Source: an uncultured Rickettsiales bacterium (lineage in GTDB: Bacteria > Pseudomonadota > Alphaproteobacteria > Rickettsiales > RI-342). Taken from it: 64,000 nt of DNA. A program made the translations under genes and the position numbers. The notes under the pieces were generated by a model. That model was not told the origin of the DNA. It worked only from the letters and a program-made list of their open reading frames with translations, and searched no databases. The stretch lies in contig CAYSXY010000009.1 in NCBI GenBank assembly GCA_964435165.1, positions 382 to 64,381 on the forward strand. The letters are read 5' to 3'. The first letter of the stretch is position 1. Every line of letters begins with the position of its first letter. Shown piece after piece: positions 48,318 to 58,039 of this stretch.

Positions 48318-48358
48318 TACCTGAAACCCCTATATAGCTAAATTAGTTATACCGTGAA

Positions 48359-48448
48359 TCGGCACAAAAGACGTGAGCAAAGTTGTTTCATCCATACTCA
48401 AGTCACTATGTGAATGCAAGGAAAATTCAGCGCGCATTCACATGCCGA
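48359..48448 (-). promoter_or_regulatory. Structured 5' leader of the RTX/S-layer-like gene
   Basis: 10-bp inverted repeat 48408-48417/48434-48443 nested inside TCGGCA (48359-48364)/TGCCGA (48443-48448). Confidence 0.5.
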
Positions 48449-48486
48449 ACCCATTGCTCATAGAGCTTGTGCTTAAGTGGGGTTCT

Positions 48487-48501
48487 TTAACATAACGTTA
48501 A
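48487..48501. promoter_or_regulatory. CtrA-type box
   Basis: Perfect TTAA-cataacg-TTAA about 170 nt upstream of the RTX gene start. Confidence 0.5.
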
Positions 48502-48507
48502 AAAACC

Positions 48508-49815
48508 TTACTTGCTCGCGGTGCAGCATTCTATGCCCGGCTTGATGGAAAAATCAACCATGCCGACGATCGGGACGTCATTATCCTTCGCGATGACCTC
48601 TATAGAGCAGGCGTCAACAATGCGGTGCAAAAAGCGATAACCTTCGCTGTCATGCGCACTGACACCCGCATTGACAAAATACTGCCCCGGCGCCAATGCG
48701 CAGGCAAACTCAAACCGCACGTCATAGCTCGTCCCTTCTTCGCATGCCGAGCCCAAGGCGGAGTGACTTCGCAAAATAGTGCCCCCGAGTTCCGTTCCGC
48801 CTTTGCTTTTAATGAGCATGCCGAATCCCGCATCTGCCACCTGTTGCGAAAACGTCACTCTGTAGCTGAAAAGATAACGCCGCCCCGTGTGCAGCAAACG
48901 CGCAACCTCGCCGTTTAGTTCTGTCACGCGAGCATTGGTGATGATTGCCCCTTCCGCATCATAGGCGATTGCATTGCCCCCCAGTCCGGTCATTCCATTT
49001 AGTTCATGACCCGACGCATCTTCGCCCCGCTTAATGGCCGCAAGCACGCGCTTTCGCTGCGATGGCTCGCAATGTAGTAGTCGCTGATATTGCGCCAGCA
49101 CCTGATTGGGCGCGCCGTCCATTAACAACTCCCCCATATCGAGCAGCAGGGCGCGATTGCACAGCTCCATCACCGCCTGGGCAGAGTGCGACACAAATAA
49201 TATGGTCGCCCCCTTATCGCGCATGTCACGAATACGCGCAAAGCAACGGCTTTGAAAGGCGGCATCCCCCACAGCCAGCGCCTCGTCGACAACAAATATA
49301 TCGGGCTGCACGGCCACGGCCACGGCAAAAGCCAGACGGACGACCATGCCGCTGGAATAGGTGTTGAGCGGTTGCTCCATAAATTCACCAATGCCGCTAA
49401 AGCGCACAATGCCCTCGAACGCTGCATCAATCTCGTCGCGCGACATGCCGAGCACGGTACCATAGAGCACAACATTCTCACGGCCGGTAAAATCAGGATT
49501 GAAGCCGGCCCCCAGTTCCAGCAGCGCAGAGATCCGCCCACTGGTATGAACAGTGCCGTGGCTGGGAGACAAGGTTCCGCAAATCATTTGCAGCAGCGTT
49601 GATTTGCCGGAACCGTTACGACCGACAATGCCAATGATTTCACCACGTGCCACGTCAAAACTGACGTCAATGACTGCCCTATATTCCGTATAAAGCGTGC
49701 GGTAGCGGCGTAGAAAAAACTGCCAGAGGCGATCCTGCGGTCGACGATAGAGGAGGTAGTCCTTGCCTATCCCCTTTACCGTCATGATCGCTTTATCCTG
49801 TTGGTCATAGGACAT
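48508..49815 (-). CDS. wzt: Polysaccharide ABC exporter ATPase Wzt with C-terminal carbohydrate-binding domain
   Basis: GRNGSGKST, ALLELGAGFNP.FTGREN, YSSGM..RLAFAVA, VDEALAVGD; Wzt_C-like beta domain. ATG 49815 preferred. Confidence 0.92.
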   Translation of the reverse strand: MSYDQQDKAIMTVKGIGKDYLLYRRPQDRLWQFFLRRYRTLYTEYRAVIDVSFDVARGEIIGIVGRNGSGKSTLLQMICGTLSPSHGTVHTSGRISALLELGAGFNPDFTGRENVVLYGTVLGMSRDEIDAAFEGIVRFSGIGEFMEQPLNTYSSGMVVRLAFAVAVAVQPDIFVVDEALAVGDAAFQSRCFARIRDMRDKGATILFVSHSAQAVMELCNRALLLDMGELLMDGAPNQVLAQYQRLLHCEPSQRKRVLAAIKRGEDASGHELNGMTGLGGNAIAYDAEGAIITNARVTELNGEVARLLHTGRRYLFSYRVTFSQQVADAGFGMLIKSKGGTELGGTILRSHSALGSACEEGTSYDVRFEFACALAPGQYFVNAGVSAHDSEGYRFLHRIVDACSIEVIAKDNDVPIVGMVDFSIKPGIECCTASK

Positions 49816-50614
49816 CAGCAAACCCCTTGCGCACCCGGCCAAACCACCAAAATGCCGCCAGCACAGCCATGACAGCCCCCGCACCATGTATGATTAACCA
49901 GTGTATCGGTGGGATCGCATGATGGAATAACGCATATCGCACTGTTTCGATCATGGGCGTGAGCGGGTTGAGCATCATCACATCACGCCACCCTTCCGGC
50001 ACGACGCTTAAAGGATAGAAGACAGGACTTAAAAACAACAGCGCCGTCGTTAATAATGCCGTAATCTGCCCGATATCGCGAAGATAGACGCCGAGCGATC
50101 CAAGTAACCACGCTGCCGCCGCCCCATAGCACATATAAATGACCAACAGTATCGGCAACCAGAGAACTGCCAGCGGCACAACCCCTTTGACGATAACCAT
50201 CGCAGCCAGCAGAATGGCAAATCCTATCACGCAGTGAAACAAGGCCGAGATGACCGGTACAAGCGGCAGCAACTCCAGCGGAAATACAACCTTCTTCACC
50301 AGATTGGGCTGTGCCAGCACCGAAGATGGGGTGCGCGTGAGTATTTCCGCCATCATCCCATGCACCAACAGGCCGCTAAACAGAATCATGGCAAAATGGA
50401 GCGTGCCTGCCCCCTCTGCATCATCTGTCATGGGAAATCGCACGGGAAAGATAATGCCAAACACAAGTCCGTAAATGATTAAGAGAAGTATCGGCGTTGC
50501 CAAGGCCCACCCCATCCCCAGCATACTCCCACGATATCTCCCCGTAATATCGCGTCGTACCAATTGCCAAAGCAGAGCGCGATGAGTCATCAATAAGGTT
50601 AGAAGTCGGCGCAT
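49805..50614 (-). CDS. wzm: Polysaccharide ABC exporter permease Wzm
   Basis: RRD…RYRGS.LG..W, NLVKKVVFP, YLRD, SPVFYP, LNP, GFADVL C-terminus. Confidence 0.93.
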   Translation of the reverse strand: MRRLLTLLMTHRALLWQLVRRDITGRYRGSMLGMGWALATPILLLIIYGLVFGIIFPVRFPMTDDAEGAGTLHFAMILFSGLLVHGMMAEILTRTPSSVLAQPNLVKKVVFPLELLPLVPVISALFHCVIGFAILLAAMVIVKGVVPLAVLWLPILLVIYMCYGAAAAWLLGSLGVYLRDIGQITALLTTALLFLSPVFYPLSVVPEGWRDVMMLNPLTPMIETVRYALFHHAIPPIHWLIIHGAGAVMAVLAAFWWFGRVRKGFADVL

Positions 50615-51552
50615 CAGTCAGTCGCAACAGAGGGTGAACGTTTTGCCAGCATCGCCTCGCGGTGGGCGATGTACAACGTACTGGCCAGAATCATACCTGC
50701 GCCGATAAAGGCAACGCCATCCAGCATATCGCCAAAGATGACATAGGCAATCAGCGCCGTGAATACCAGCCGCATGAAATCAAACGGCAAGAGAACGGTC
50801 ACGTCAGCTAATGAATATGCTTTTGTCAACCCGTATTGTACCAGCGTCGATGCTACGCCAATCGTGGCCAGTCCGACCCAACCTTCCAGATCAGGAGATT
50901 GCCAGACATAGATTCCCATGGGCGCCGACATGGGAATCATGAACAATGTCAGGAGCACCACGAGGGCAAAGGACGACTCCGTGCGGGAGAGCGGTTTGAT
51001 CAGAATAATACCGATTGCCGCGAAAAGCGAGGCAGATAGCGGGGCCAACGCTTCCCACCCGATTCCGTCAAATCCAGGGCGTATGACCACCATAACACCG
51101 ATGAAGCCCGCCACCACTGCCAATACTCGCCGCAGATGAATGGTCTCTCCCAGAAACATGACCGCCAGAATGGTGAGAAATAATGGCGTGGTATAGGTCA
51201 ACGCCACGGCATCAGGCACCGGCATGATCGACAATGCATAAAACCAGCAGCTCATGGAGAGAAAGGCACTGAGCGCGCGCAAGCCGTGCGTCTTCCAGCG
51301 GCGCGTTTTGAGCGCGGGCAGCCCCATCATCATCACCCAGGGCAGCAGGCAGATAAGGCTGAAAACATTGCGCATAAACACAATTTGCGGCGCGGGATAA
51401 TCGACCGATATGTAGCGAATCGTATTACTCATGACCGCAAAGGCCAGCCCATGCAGCAACATGAATCCGATACCGGCCAACACCGCCATCTGCGCTGTGA
51501 CCAACGGCGCACCGGCAAGAACAGGGGCAGACGGCTTTACTGGACGCGGCAT
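50614..51552 (-). CDS. DMT/EamA family transporter
   Basis: About ten TM segments in two EamA repeats; FLGE and IFGD motifs. Confidence 0.88.
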   Translation of the reverse strand: MPRPVKPSAPVLAGAPLVTAQMAVLAGIGFMLLHGLAFAVMSNTIRYISVDYPAPQIVFMRNVFSLICLLPWVMMMGLPALKTRRWKTHGLRALSAFLSMSCWFYALSIMPVPDAVALTYTTPLFLTILAVMFLGETIHLRRVLAVVAGFIGVMVVIRPGFDGIGWEALAPLSASLFAAIGIILIKPLSRTESSFALVVLLTLFMIPMSAPMGIYVWQSPDLEGWVGLATIGVASTLVQYGLTKAYSLADVTVLLPFDFMRLVFTALIAYVIFGDMLDGVAFIGAGMILASTLYIAHREAMLAKRSPSVATD

Positions 51553-51719
51553 AGGGTGATATGTGTGGCAAAGAGTATGACATTCATAACGCCGTACATA
51601 TCACTGGACAAGGAAAGTGCAAGGCTGCACCGCTGCAGTCAACTGTATGATAACGACAGGCTTGTCCCGTGGCAGCCTTTGGCAGTGGCGCATTCCCCCT
51701 CTTCCACCTATAGTTATTC

Positions 51720-51796
51720 ACATCGAAGACAGATGATCTTCGATGTCCTCGTGACGGGTTAATAAGCTTGGGTCGCAATCGCGACCTGATAGCCAT
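51720..51796. repeat. Multi-hairpin intergenic element related to 9583-9664
   Basis: 10-bp stem 51720-51729/51737-51746; AATAAG; GGTCGC-AATC-GCGACC hairpin; TGATAGCCAT. Confidence 0.7.
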
Positions 51797-51844
51797 CTCA
51801 TTTAGTGGTTAGATATTAGGTGAATGACTATATGATCGGAGATT

Positions 51845-54574
51845 ATGCCGGGTATTCATCATAAGCAGCTTATTTTTGACGGTGATGCGTTTGCAGCAGA
51901 GCTACAGGATCTGGCGCCACGCATGTCGCTCGATATTTCGTCGCAGGAAAGTGTGATTGCCGCGCCACTTCGTCAGACATATGATCACGGACGCAATGAA
52001 ATCGAGCAACGCTTCATGGCCTCGCTCGATGGACGCATTGATGCGGCAGAGCAAGCCTGGCTGATGGATATGTTGATCGGCAGCCTTTGCGAGCTTGCCG
52101 CCATACTGATCGATCGCCCTGGCACGCCTATTCCCATTGCCGTGGTTGCAGTCGGTGGCTATGGACGAGGTGAATTATCGCCTTATTCCGACATTGATTT
52201 ATTATTCCTCCACGCCCCACAGGATGAAGAACAAGGTGGCGCCATTGCGCGCTTTTTATTGCATCATCTGTGGCTACTCGGCATTCGCGTTGGACATGCG
52301 CTGCGCACGGTCGATGATTGCATCGCCATGGCACAGGATGATATCTCTATTCATACGGCATTGCTCGATGCCCGGCTCATTACCGGATTCGATACATTAT
52401 TCGAACAATTTCAGCGCCAGTTCCAGCATCAGATTGTCGAACGCTTCACCGGATCATTTATCACCGGTAAGCTTGCAGAACGTCATGAACGGCACCAGCG
52501 CCTCGGTGATTCTCGCTACATGCTTGAACCTAACATCAAAGAGGGGAAAGGCGGACTGAGAGATTTGCAAACACTGCGATGGATTGCGCAGCATACATTT
52601 CAGATCGATCATATGCATATATTGGTAAAACGCGGGCTGCTGACACGAAGTGAATACCAGAGCTATAGCAATGCGCGGGCTTTTTATTTCAAAATACGCG
52701 CCTGCATGCATTACGGCACACGGCGTGCTGAAGAAAAACTGACCTTCGATTTACAGCAAACATTGAGTCAGCAACTTCGCTATGACGACCAGGGTCATCA
52801 ACGCGGGGTTGAGCGCTTTATGAAACGCTATTTCCTGACTGCTCGAGAGATTGGCAACCTGACGCGTGTCCTTTGCACCATTCTGGAGGAAGAGCATTCC
52901 ACCAGTAGTCTTTTTCCTATTCCTTCATTTCTCAAACGTATGCGCAAGTTTGATGACTATATCGTGAAGGGAAGACGCCTGACATTTGCCTCAGATCAAG
53001 CGCTCGCCACCTCCCCTTCACAGTTTATCGGCATATTCCTATCGGCGCAGCAGCACGAGCTGGACATTCATCCTGAGGCGCTTCGCATGATTGGGCGCAA
53101 TCTGAAGTTGATCGATCGTTCCGTGCGTGACTCGGTGGAGACAAACCAATTATTCATGAACATCATCATGGATCGCGAGCATAATCCGGCGATTGCACTG
53201 AAACGTATGAATGAGGCTAATGTGCTGGGTAAGTTCATCCCGGATTTTGGGCGGATTGTCGGGCAAATGCAATTCGACATGTACCACTCGCTGACTGTCG
53301 ATGAACATACGCTCTATGCGATCAGCATTTTGCATGACATCGAGCAAGGCGCCCTTGCAGACGCACTTCCGGTTGCTTCCCAGTTAGTGGGCGAAATTAG
53401 CATGCGCCGGGCATTGTATATCGCCTTGTTACTTCACGACACGGCAAAGGGGAGAGGCGGAAATCACTCCGATATGGGGGCGACGATTGCCAGGCGATTA
53501 TGCCCGCGCCTCGGACTGAACCCGCATGAGACCGATACGGTCGCCTGGCTGGTTCAGCACCATTTGCTATTCACCCATACAGCGTTTAAGCGTGATATTC
53601 AGGATCCGGAAACCGTCTCCGGCTTTGTCGAGCATATTCAATCGCCCGAACGCTTAAAATTATTGTTGCTTCTGAGCGTTGCCGATATGCGCGCCGTTAG
53701 CCCAACCGTGTGGAATGAGTGGAAAGCGAGCCTGCTACGCGAGCTGTATAACCATGCGGCCGAACAGATGGGGGGCAGCGCCTACATTGCTGACCGGCAG
53801 CGGCGTGCCGTGCGCATGCGTTCCAGAATAGAATCGGATTTGGCTAACTGGTCTGCCGATGAGCGTGAACGGTACTTAACGCTGCCGCATGACAGTTTCT
53901 GGCTCGGCATGTCGTTCAAAAGGCATCAAAGCGCCGCTGCATTGATCTATCAGACATTGCAGGCTGACTATCCATTCTGCTTTCGATTTATTCACAATAG
54001 CCATAAGGCACTGACGGAATTGATGATTTGCAGCAGTTCACAACATGCTCTTTTCGCGCAAATTGCCGGTGGATGCGCCCTGTCCAATATCTCAGTCATT
54101 CATGCGAAAATTTTCACGCTGCCCATCGGCGTAACGTTATTGCAGTTTGATATTCAAACGCGGGAAGGGTTGCCGCTGCGTAGCGACAAACGTAAGGAAA
54201 AACTGATTGACGCGATTCGGGATTTGATTTCCCGTGAAACACCGCTCAACGAGGTTGCTCTGCCTCATAAAAAAGAACCGGGACGCACTCGAGTGTTTAA
54301 AGTACCGCCAACTGTGCTGATCGATAATCGCACCAGCCGTGACTACACGATCATTGAAGTTTCCGCACGCGACCGTATCGGACTGCTCTTTACCATTGCC
54401 AAGGCGTTAGCGGAATTAAAGCTGCTAGTCGCCACGTCTCATATCTCCACTTATGGCGAAAAAGCGGTCGATGTGTTTTACGTGCGTGATTTAACCGGGC
54501 AGAAAATAATTGAAGCGACAAAACTGGATCATATTCGCACCTCATTGCAATTTGCTGTGGAGCAGCATCAATAA
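51845..54574 (+). CDS. glnD: [Protein-PII] uridylyltransferase/uridylyl-removing enzyme
   Basis: AVGGYGRGEL.PYSDIDLL, EPNIKEGKGGLRD, QFDMYH..TVDEH, LLHD.AKGRGG.HS, two C-terminal ACT domains. Confidence 0.95.
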   Translation: MPGIHHKQLIFDGDAFAAELQDLAPRMSLDISSQESVIAAPLRQTYDHGRNEIEQRFMASLDGRIDAAEQAWLMDMLIGSLCELAAILIDRPGTPIPIAVVAVGGYGRGELSPYSDIDLLFLHAPQDEEQGGAIARFLLHHLWLLGIRVGHALRTVDDCIAMAQDDISIHTALLDARLITGFDTLFEQFQRQFQHQIVERFTGSFITGKLAERHERHQRLGDSRYMLEPNIKEGKGGLRDLQTLRWIAQHTFQIDHMHILVKRGLLTRSEYQSYSNARAFYFKIRACMHYGTRRAEEKLTFDLQQTLSQQLRYDDQGHQRGVERFMKRYFLTAREIGNLTRVLCTILEEEHSTSSLFPIPSFLKRMRKFDDYIVKGRRLTFASDQALATSPSQFIGIFLSAQQHELDIHPEALRMIGRNLKLIDRSVRDSVETNQLFMNIIMDREHNPAIALKRMNEANVLGKFIPDFGRIVGQMQFDMYHSLTVDEHTLYAISILHDIEQGALADALPVASQLVGEISMRRALYIALLLHDTAKGRGGNHSDMGATIARRLCPRLGLNPHETDTVAWLVQHHLLFTHTAFKRDIQDPETVSGFVEHIQSPERLKLLLLLSVADMRAVSPTVWNEWKASLLRELYNHAAEQMGGSAYIADRQRRAVRMRSRIESDLANWSADERERYLTLPHDSFWLGMSFKRHQSAAALIYQTLQADYPFCFRFIHNSHKALTELMICSSSQHALFAQIAGGCALSNISVIHAKIFTLPIGVTLLQFDIQTREGLPLRSDKRKEKLIDAIRDLISRETPLNEVALPHKKEPGRTRVFKVPPTVLIDNRTSRDYTIIEVSARDRIGLLFTIAKALAELKLLVATSHISTYGEKAVDVFYVRDLTGQKIIEATKLDHIRTSLQFAVEQHQ

Positions 54575-54669
54575 ACCATTGTTTTCAAATATTATATATT
54601 ATTGCAACGCAATAGCTTTTTCTTAAAAAACGTCCTAATTTTTTAACATTTGTATGCGATACTTAAGAT

Positions 54670-55578
54670 ATGGAAGATGAGCGAAAACCTAACAGGATAA
54701 CACAATTTATGATCACCATGCTTGGTACGGTTACCATGCTATATATGGGCGTCGCCGCCGGTATGTATTTCGCTCAACGTAACATTCTTTATCTGCCGCA
54801 TGTTGCACCGGCCTACCCGCGCGAGCATGCTGTCTCCGACATTGATGTGCTACGGCTACAAACGCCGGATGGCGAGAATCTGGTCGCATGGTATCGCGAA
54901 GCAGAACCGGGTTACCCGACTCTTCTTTATTTTCATGGCAATGCCGGCAGCCTGCTTGACCGCACCGACAAATTCAATCGCTTTGGGGATCGTGGGTTTG
55001 GCGTATTCGGTCTGAGCTGGCGCGGATATGGCGGCAGTAGTGGAAGCCCGACGGAACAGGGACTGTATGCGGATGGACGCACTGCGCTTGCCTTTATGAA
55101 AGAAGAGCTGGATATCAAACTGCAGCAGGTCATCGTCTACGGGGAATCACTCGGTACCGGCGTAGCTGTGCAGATGGGTACGGAATATGATTTAGGCGGT
55201 ATCGTCTTAGAAGCCCCTTACACGTCCATCGTCGATATTGGTCTGAAACGTTATCCCTTTCTGCCTGTTCGCCTGCTATTGAAGGATCATTTTGATTCCA
55301 TCAGCAAAATCGCGCATATTCGCGCGCCGTTGTTGATTCTGCATGGCGAGAGTGACAGTATTATCCCGGTGTCGCATGGTCGTACGCTGCTATCGCTGGC
55401 ACCCGAGCCCAAAGATGCCGTTTTCTTTGCAGATACGGATCATGTGAATTTCAATCTGGTCGCATTGCGTGACGCCGTGTTTGACTTTGCCTTTGCTAAT
55501 AATCTGATTACGGCGATACGCGCGGGAGCAAGCGATCCGCCAGCGCTTATTCCCCTTGCCAGCAACCGTGCATTATAA
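54670..55578 (+). CDS. Alpha/beta hydrolase (ABHD13/BEM46-like)
   Basis: N-terminal TM, YFHGNAG, RGYG.S.G.P.E.G, GESLG, HG..D.IIP..HG. Confidence 0.9.
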   Translation: MEDERKPNRITQFMITMLGTVTMLYMGVAAGMYFAQRNILYLPHVAPAYPREHAVSDIDVLRLQTPDGENLVAWYREAEPGYPTLLYFHGNAGSLLDRTDKFNRFGDRGFGVFGLSWRGYGGSSGSPTEQGLYADGRTALAFMKEELDIKLQQVIVYGESLGTGVAVQMGTEYDLGGIVLEAPYTSIVDIGLKRYPFLPVRLLLKDHFDSISKIAHIRAPLLILHGESDSIIPVSHGRTLLSLAPEPKDAVFFADTDHVNFNLVALRDAVFDFAFANNLITAIRAGASDPPALIPLASNRAL

Positions 55579-55593
55579 TTGAGGGAGTGAGGC

Positions 55594-56199
55594 ATGCGTA
55601 TTCTTGGTGGATCGTTAAAGGGTCGCCATTTACCTGTGATCGACGGTAGTGATATTCGCCCGACCTCCTCACGTGCCCGTGAAACATTATTTAATATGCT
55701 GGAACACCGCGCCCGAACAGATGATGCCTATCCTGCTTTATCAGGCGCATCGGTGGCCGATTTATGCTGCGGCAGCGGAGCCCTGGGCTTAGAGGCCTTA
55801 TCGCGTGGGGCGGCTCATGTCCTCTTTATCGACCGTTCCAAACATGCCTTAAAAGCCATTGAGTCAACCGCAAAGCAATTCGGTGTGCATTCGCAATGCT
55901 CGTTTCTCCATAGCGACATCCGGCGCCTGCCGGAAAAAGAGAAGCCGTGTGATTATCTATTGTGCGACCCACCTTACCGAGATGCCGCAGCGCTGTGGCA
56001 GCAACTCGGCGATATACTACCTACCAGTGGCTGGCTGCATGCCAACAGCGTCATGGTGATGGAAAGCGCCGCAAGCGAAGCGTTAGATACCCCACCTTTT
56101 GGCCGACTTGATACAGATCGCCGTGTGGGGGCTGCCAGATTATGGCTCTTCACCTGTGCAAGCCATCAATCGTCAACGCCTCAATTGACGGCTTGTTAA
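55594..56199 (+). CDS. rsmD: 16S rRNA (guanine(966)-N2)-methyltransferase
   Basis: MRI.GG..KGR, RPT..R.RE.LFN, DL..GSGALG.EALSRGA, DPPY. Confidence 0.9.
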   Translation: MRILGGSLKGRHLPVIDGSDIRPTSSRARETLFNMLEHRARTDDAYPALSGASVADLCCGSGALGLEALSRGAAHVLFIDRSKHALKAIESTAKQFGVHSQCSFLHSDIRRLPEKEKPCDYLLCDPPYRDAAALWQQLGDILPTSGWLHANSVMVMESAASEALDTPPFGRLDTDRRVGAARLWLFTCASHQSSTPQLTAC

Positions 56200-56276
56200 G
56201 AGAATGGCAGCATATCGTTAAAACACTAAATGTAGTAGCATGATGCAACAAATTATAGTATATTTAGAGTAAGAAA

Positions 56277-56831
56277 ATGGAGGGACCGGTGGCACGCGAC
56301 ATGTCTGGCCTGCAAACCTTGGTGTTGAATGCGGATTACCGGCCGCTCAGCATGTTTCCATTGTCCATCTGCTCATGGCAGGATGCCGTTAAAGCGATTG
56401 TGATGGGCCGTGTGAATATCGTCTCGGAATATGAGGTTCAAGCTCATTCACCGTCCACCACGATCAATATTCCGAGCGTTATTGCACTGAAGCGTTATAT
56501 TTCATCCGGACTGCGTAAGCCTGCATTGACACGCCATAATATCCTGCTGCGCGATTTATATTTATGCCAATATTGTGAGCAGCGTTTTTCGCCGCGCTCT
56601 CTCACATTGGATCATGTGGTGCCACGTTGTCATGGGGGTGAGACCAGTTGGCACAATCTTGTTGCCGCGTGCCACCCATGCAATACGCGCAAAGGCGACA
56701 AGCATCCCGGCAAAGAATTTCGCATGCCGCTGCAATTGCCGCATCGGCCGAGTGCGCGGCAATTACAGCGCAATGCGCGCGAACTGGCGACCTATAATTT
56801 CCATGAAAGCTGGGACGATTATTTAGAATAA
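56277..56831 (+). CDS. HNH endonuclease (McrA-like)
   Basis: LVLNADY.PL, RD…CQYC, TLDHV.PR..GG…W.NLV.AC..CN..KG. Confidence 0.92.
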   Translation: MEGPVARDMSGLQTLVLNADYRPLSMFPLSICSWQDAVKAIVMGRVNIVSEYEVQAHSPSTTINIPSVIALKRYISSGLRKPALTRHNILLRDLYLCQYCEQRFSPRSLTLDHVVPRCHGGETSWHNLVAACHPCNTRKGDKHPGKEFRMPLQLPHRPSARQLQRNARELATYNFHESWDDYLE

Positions 56832-56847
56832 TCGCGCGCCAGAGCTA

Positions 56848-57118
56848 GGCTCTTTTGAGGAATAATTTAATGTTTTGTTATGAGCAAAGATGTTCATCTC
56901 GCAAGGCAACGTGCGAAGAGAAATGTGGTTCATTTTTCAAGCGCGTTAACACAGCGAGGGGAAATCTTTTGCCACAACCTGAAAGGCCATGGCTGATCTT
57001 GTCGATGAACGGCAGAAAATATATTCTGATGATGGACTACATCACCATCAATATGCTCAATGTTCCTCCACGACATCAGTCTCATGGCAAAATCCTTAAA
57101 TGATTCCTCAACAGAGCC
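56848..57118. mobile_element. 271-bp MITE-like non-autonomous element
   Basis: 23-bp terminal inverted repeats GGCTCTKTTGAGGAATMATTTAA (21/23 match), TA on both flanks, no transposase. Confidence 0.8.
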
Positions 57119-57123
57119 TAATG

Positions 57124-57729
57124 CTACCAGATGGATAATCCCGCCGCTTCCAGCAAGTGACGTGTTTCAAATAGCGGAAGCCCGACGACATTGCTGTACG
57201 ACCCATCCAGGCGCTTGACCAGGCAGGCTCCTCGTCCCTGTATCGCATAACCACCGGCCTTGCCGTGCCACTCGCCATCGGCCAGATATCCGTTTATTTC
57301 CTGATCCGACAGTGATTTGAATTGCACCATCGTACTAACTAAGCGCTGCCAGATTCGGCCATCGGTATGATAGAGCGCCACGGCCGTCATCACACGATGG
57401 CGACGCCCGGACAGTAGTGAGAGACAGGCATGCGCTGTCTCTTCATCTTCCGCTTTCGGCAGGATGCGGCGGCCACAGGCCACAACCGTATCGGCTGCCA
57501 GCAATAGCGTATGGTCATGCGATGCCCGTATTGCTGGCCACAAAGCATCGGCTTTGCCCAGTGCAATGCGTCGTGCATAGATATGGGGCTGTTCATTCGT
57601 TTGTGGTGTTTCGTCTATATTGGCAGGCATCACCTTAGTTGGCTCAATGCCTATTTGCGCGAGCAATTGCTGCCGCCTGGGCGAGGCGGATGCCAGTATC
57701 AGTGATGGTGCGGTCTGCTGTTGTCTCAT
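57124..57729 (-). CDS. maf: Maf/YhdE nucleoside-triphosphate pyrophosphatase (unrelated to the Maf glycosyltransferase)
   Basis: LILASASPRR..LL, AADTVV, ILPK, GKAGGYAIQG, GSYSNVVGLP. Confidence 0.93.
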   Translation of the reverse strand: MRQQQTAPSLILASASPRRQQLLAQIGIEPTKVMPANIDETPQTNEQPHIYARRIALGKADALWPAIRASHDHTLLLAADTVVACGRRILPKAEDEETAHACLSLLSGRRHRVMTAVALYHTDGRIWQRLVSTMVQFKSLSDQEINGYLADGEWHGKAGGYAIQGRGACLVKRLDGSYSNVVGLPLFETRHLLEAAGLSIW

Positions 57730-57817
57730 AGCTCATGGGTATCCGAGCAACGACCCTCAGACAAGCCTTTACACTTGGAGGTAACGATTATGCATGTAAT
57801 GTAAGCTTGGCTGTGAT

Positions 57818-58039
57818 TTAGCTGGTATGGCGAAATTTGATCCGCCCTTTGGTCAGATCATATGGTGTCATTTCCACCGTGACTTTATCACCCTCTAATA
57901 CCCGGATACGGTTTTTGCGCATGCGGCCTGACGTATGCGCCAGCACTTCATGCCCATTTTCGAGCTTTACCCTGAACATCGCATTGGGCAGTTGTTCTTC
58001 CACCACACCGGGAAATTCAAGTAAATCTTCTTTGGGCAT
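57818..58039 (-). CDS. infA: Translation initiation factor IF-1
   Basis: [14 protein letters not shown]…[27 protein letters not shown]. Confidence 0.98.
   Translation of the reverse strand: MPKEDLLEFPGVVEEQLPNAMFRVKLENGHEVLAHTSGRMRKNRIRVLEGDKVTVEMTPYDLTKGRIKFRHTS

Noticed and set aside
56855-57103. 82-aa ORF inside the MITE
   Set aside because: TTG start within the terminal repeat, no RBS, no transposase motifs.
56277-57118. HNH nuclease plus adjacent element as a mobile or RNA-guided nuclease unit (IscB/HEARO-like)
   Set aside because: The HNH gene lies outside the inverted repeats, has no RuvC or PLMP motifs, and resembles the common stand-alone alphaproteobacterial HNH.
57124-57729. Second glycosylation Maf
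   Set aside because: Name coincidence; this is the Maf/YhdE NTP pyrophosphatase.
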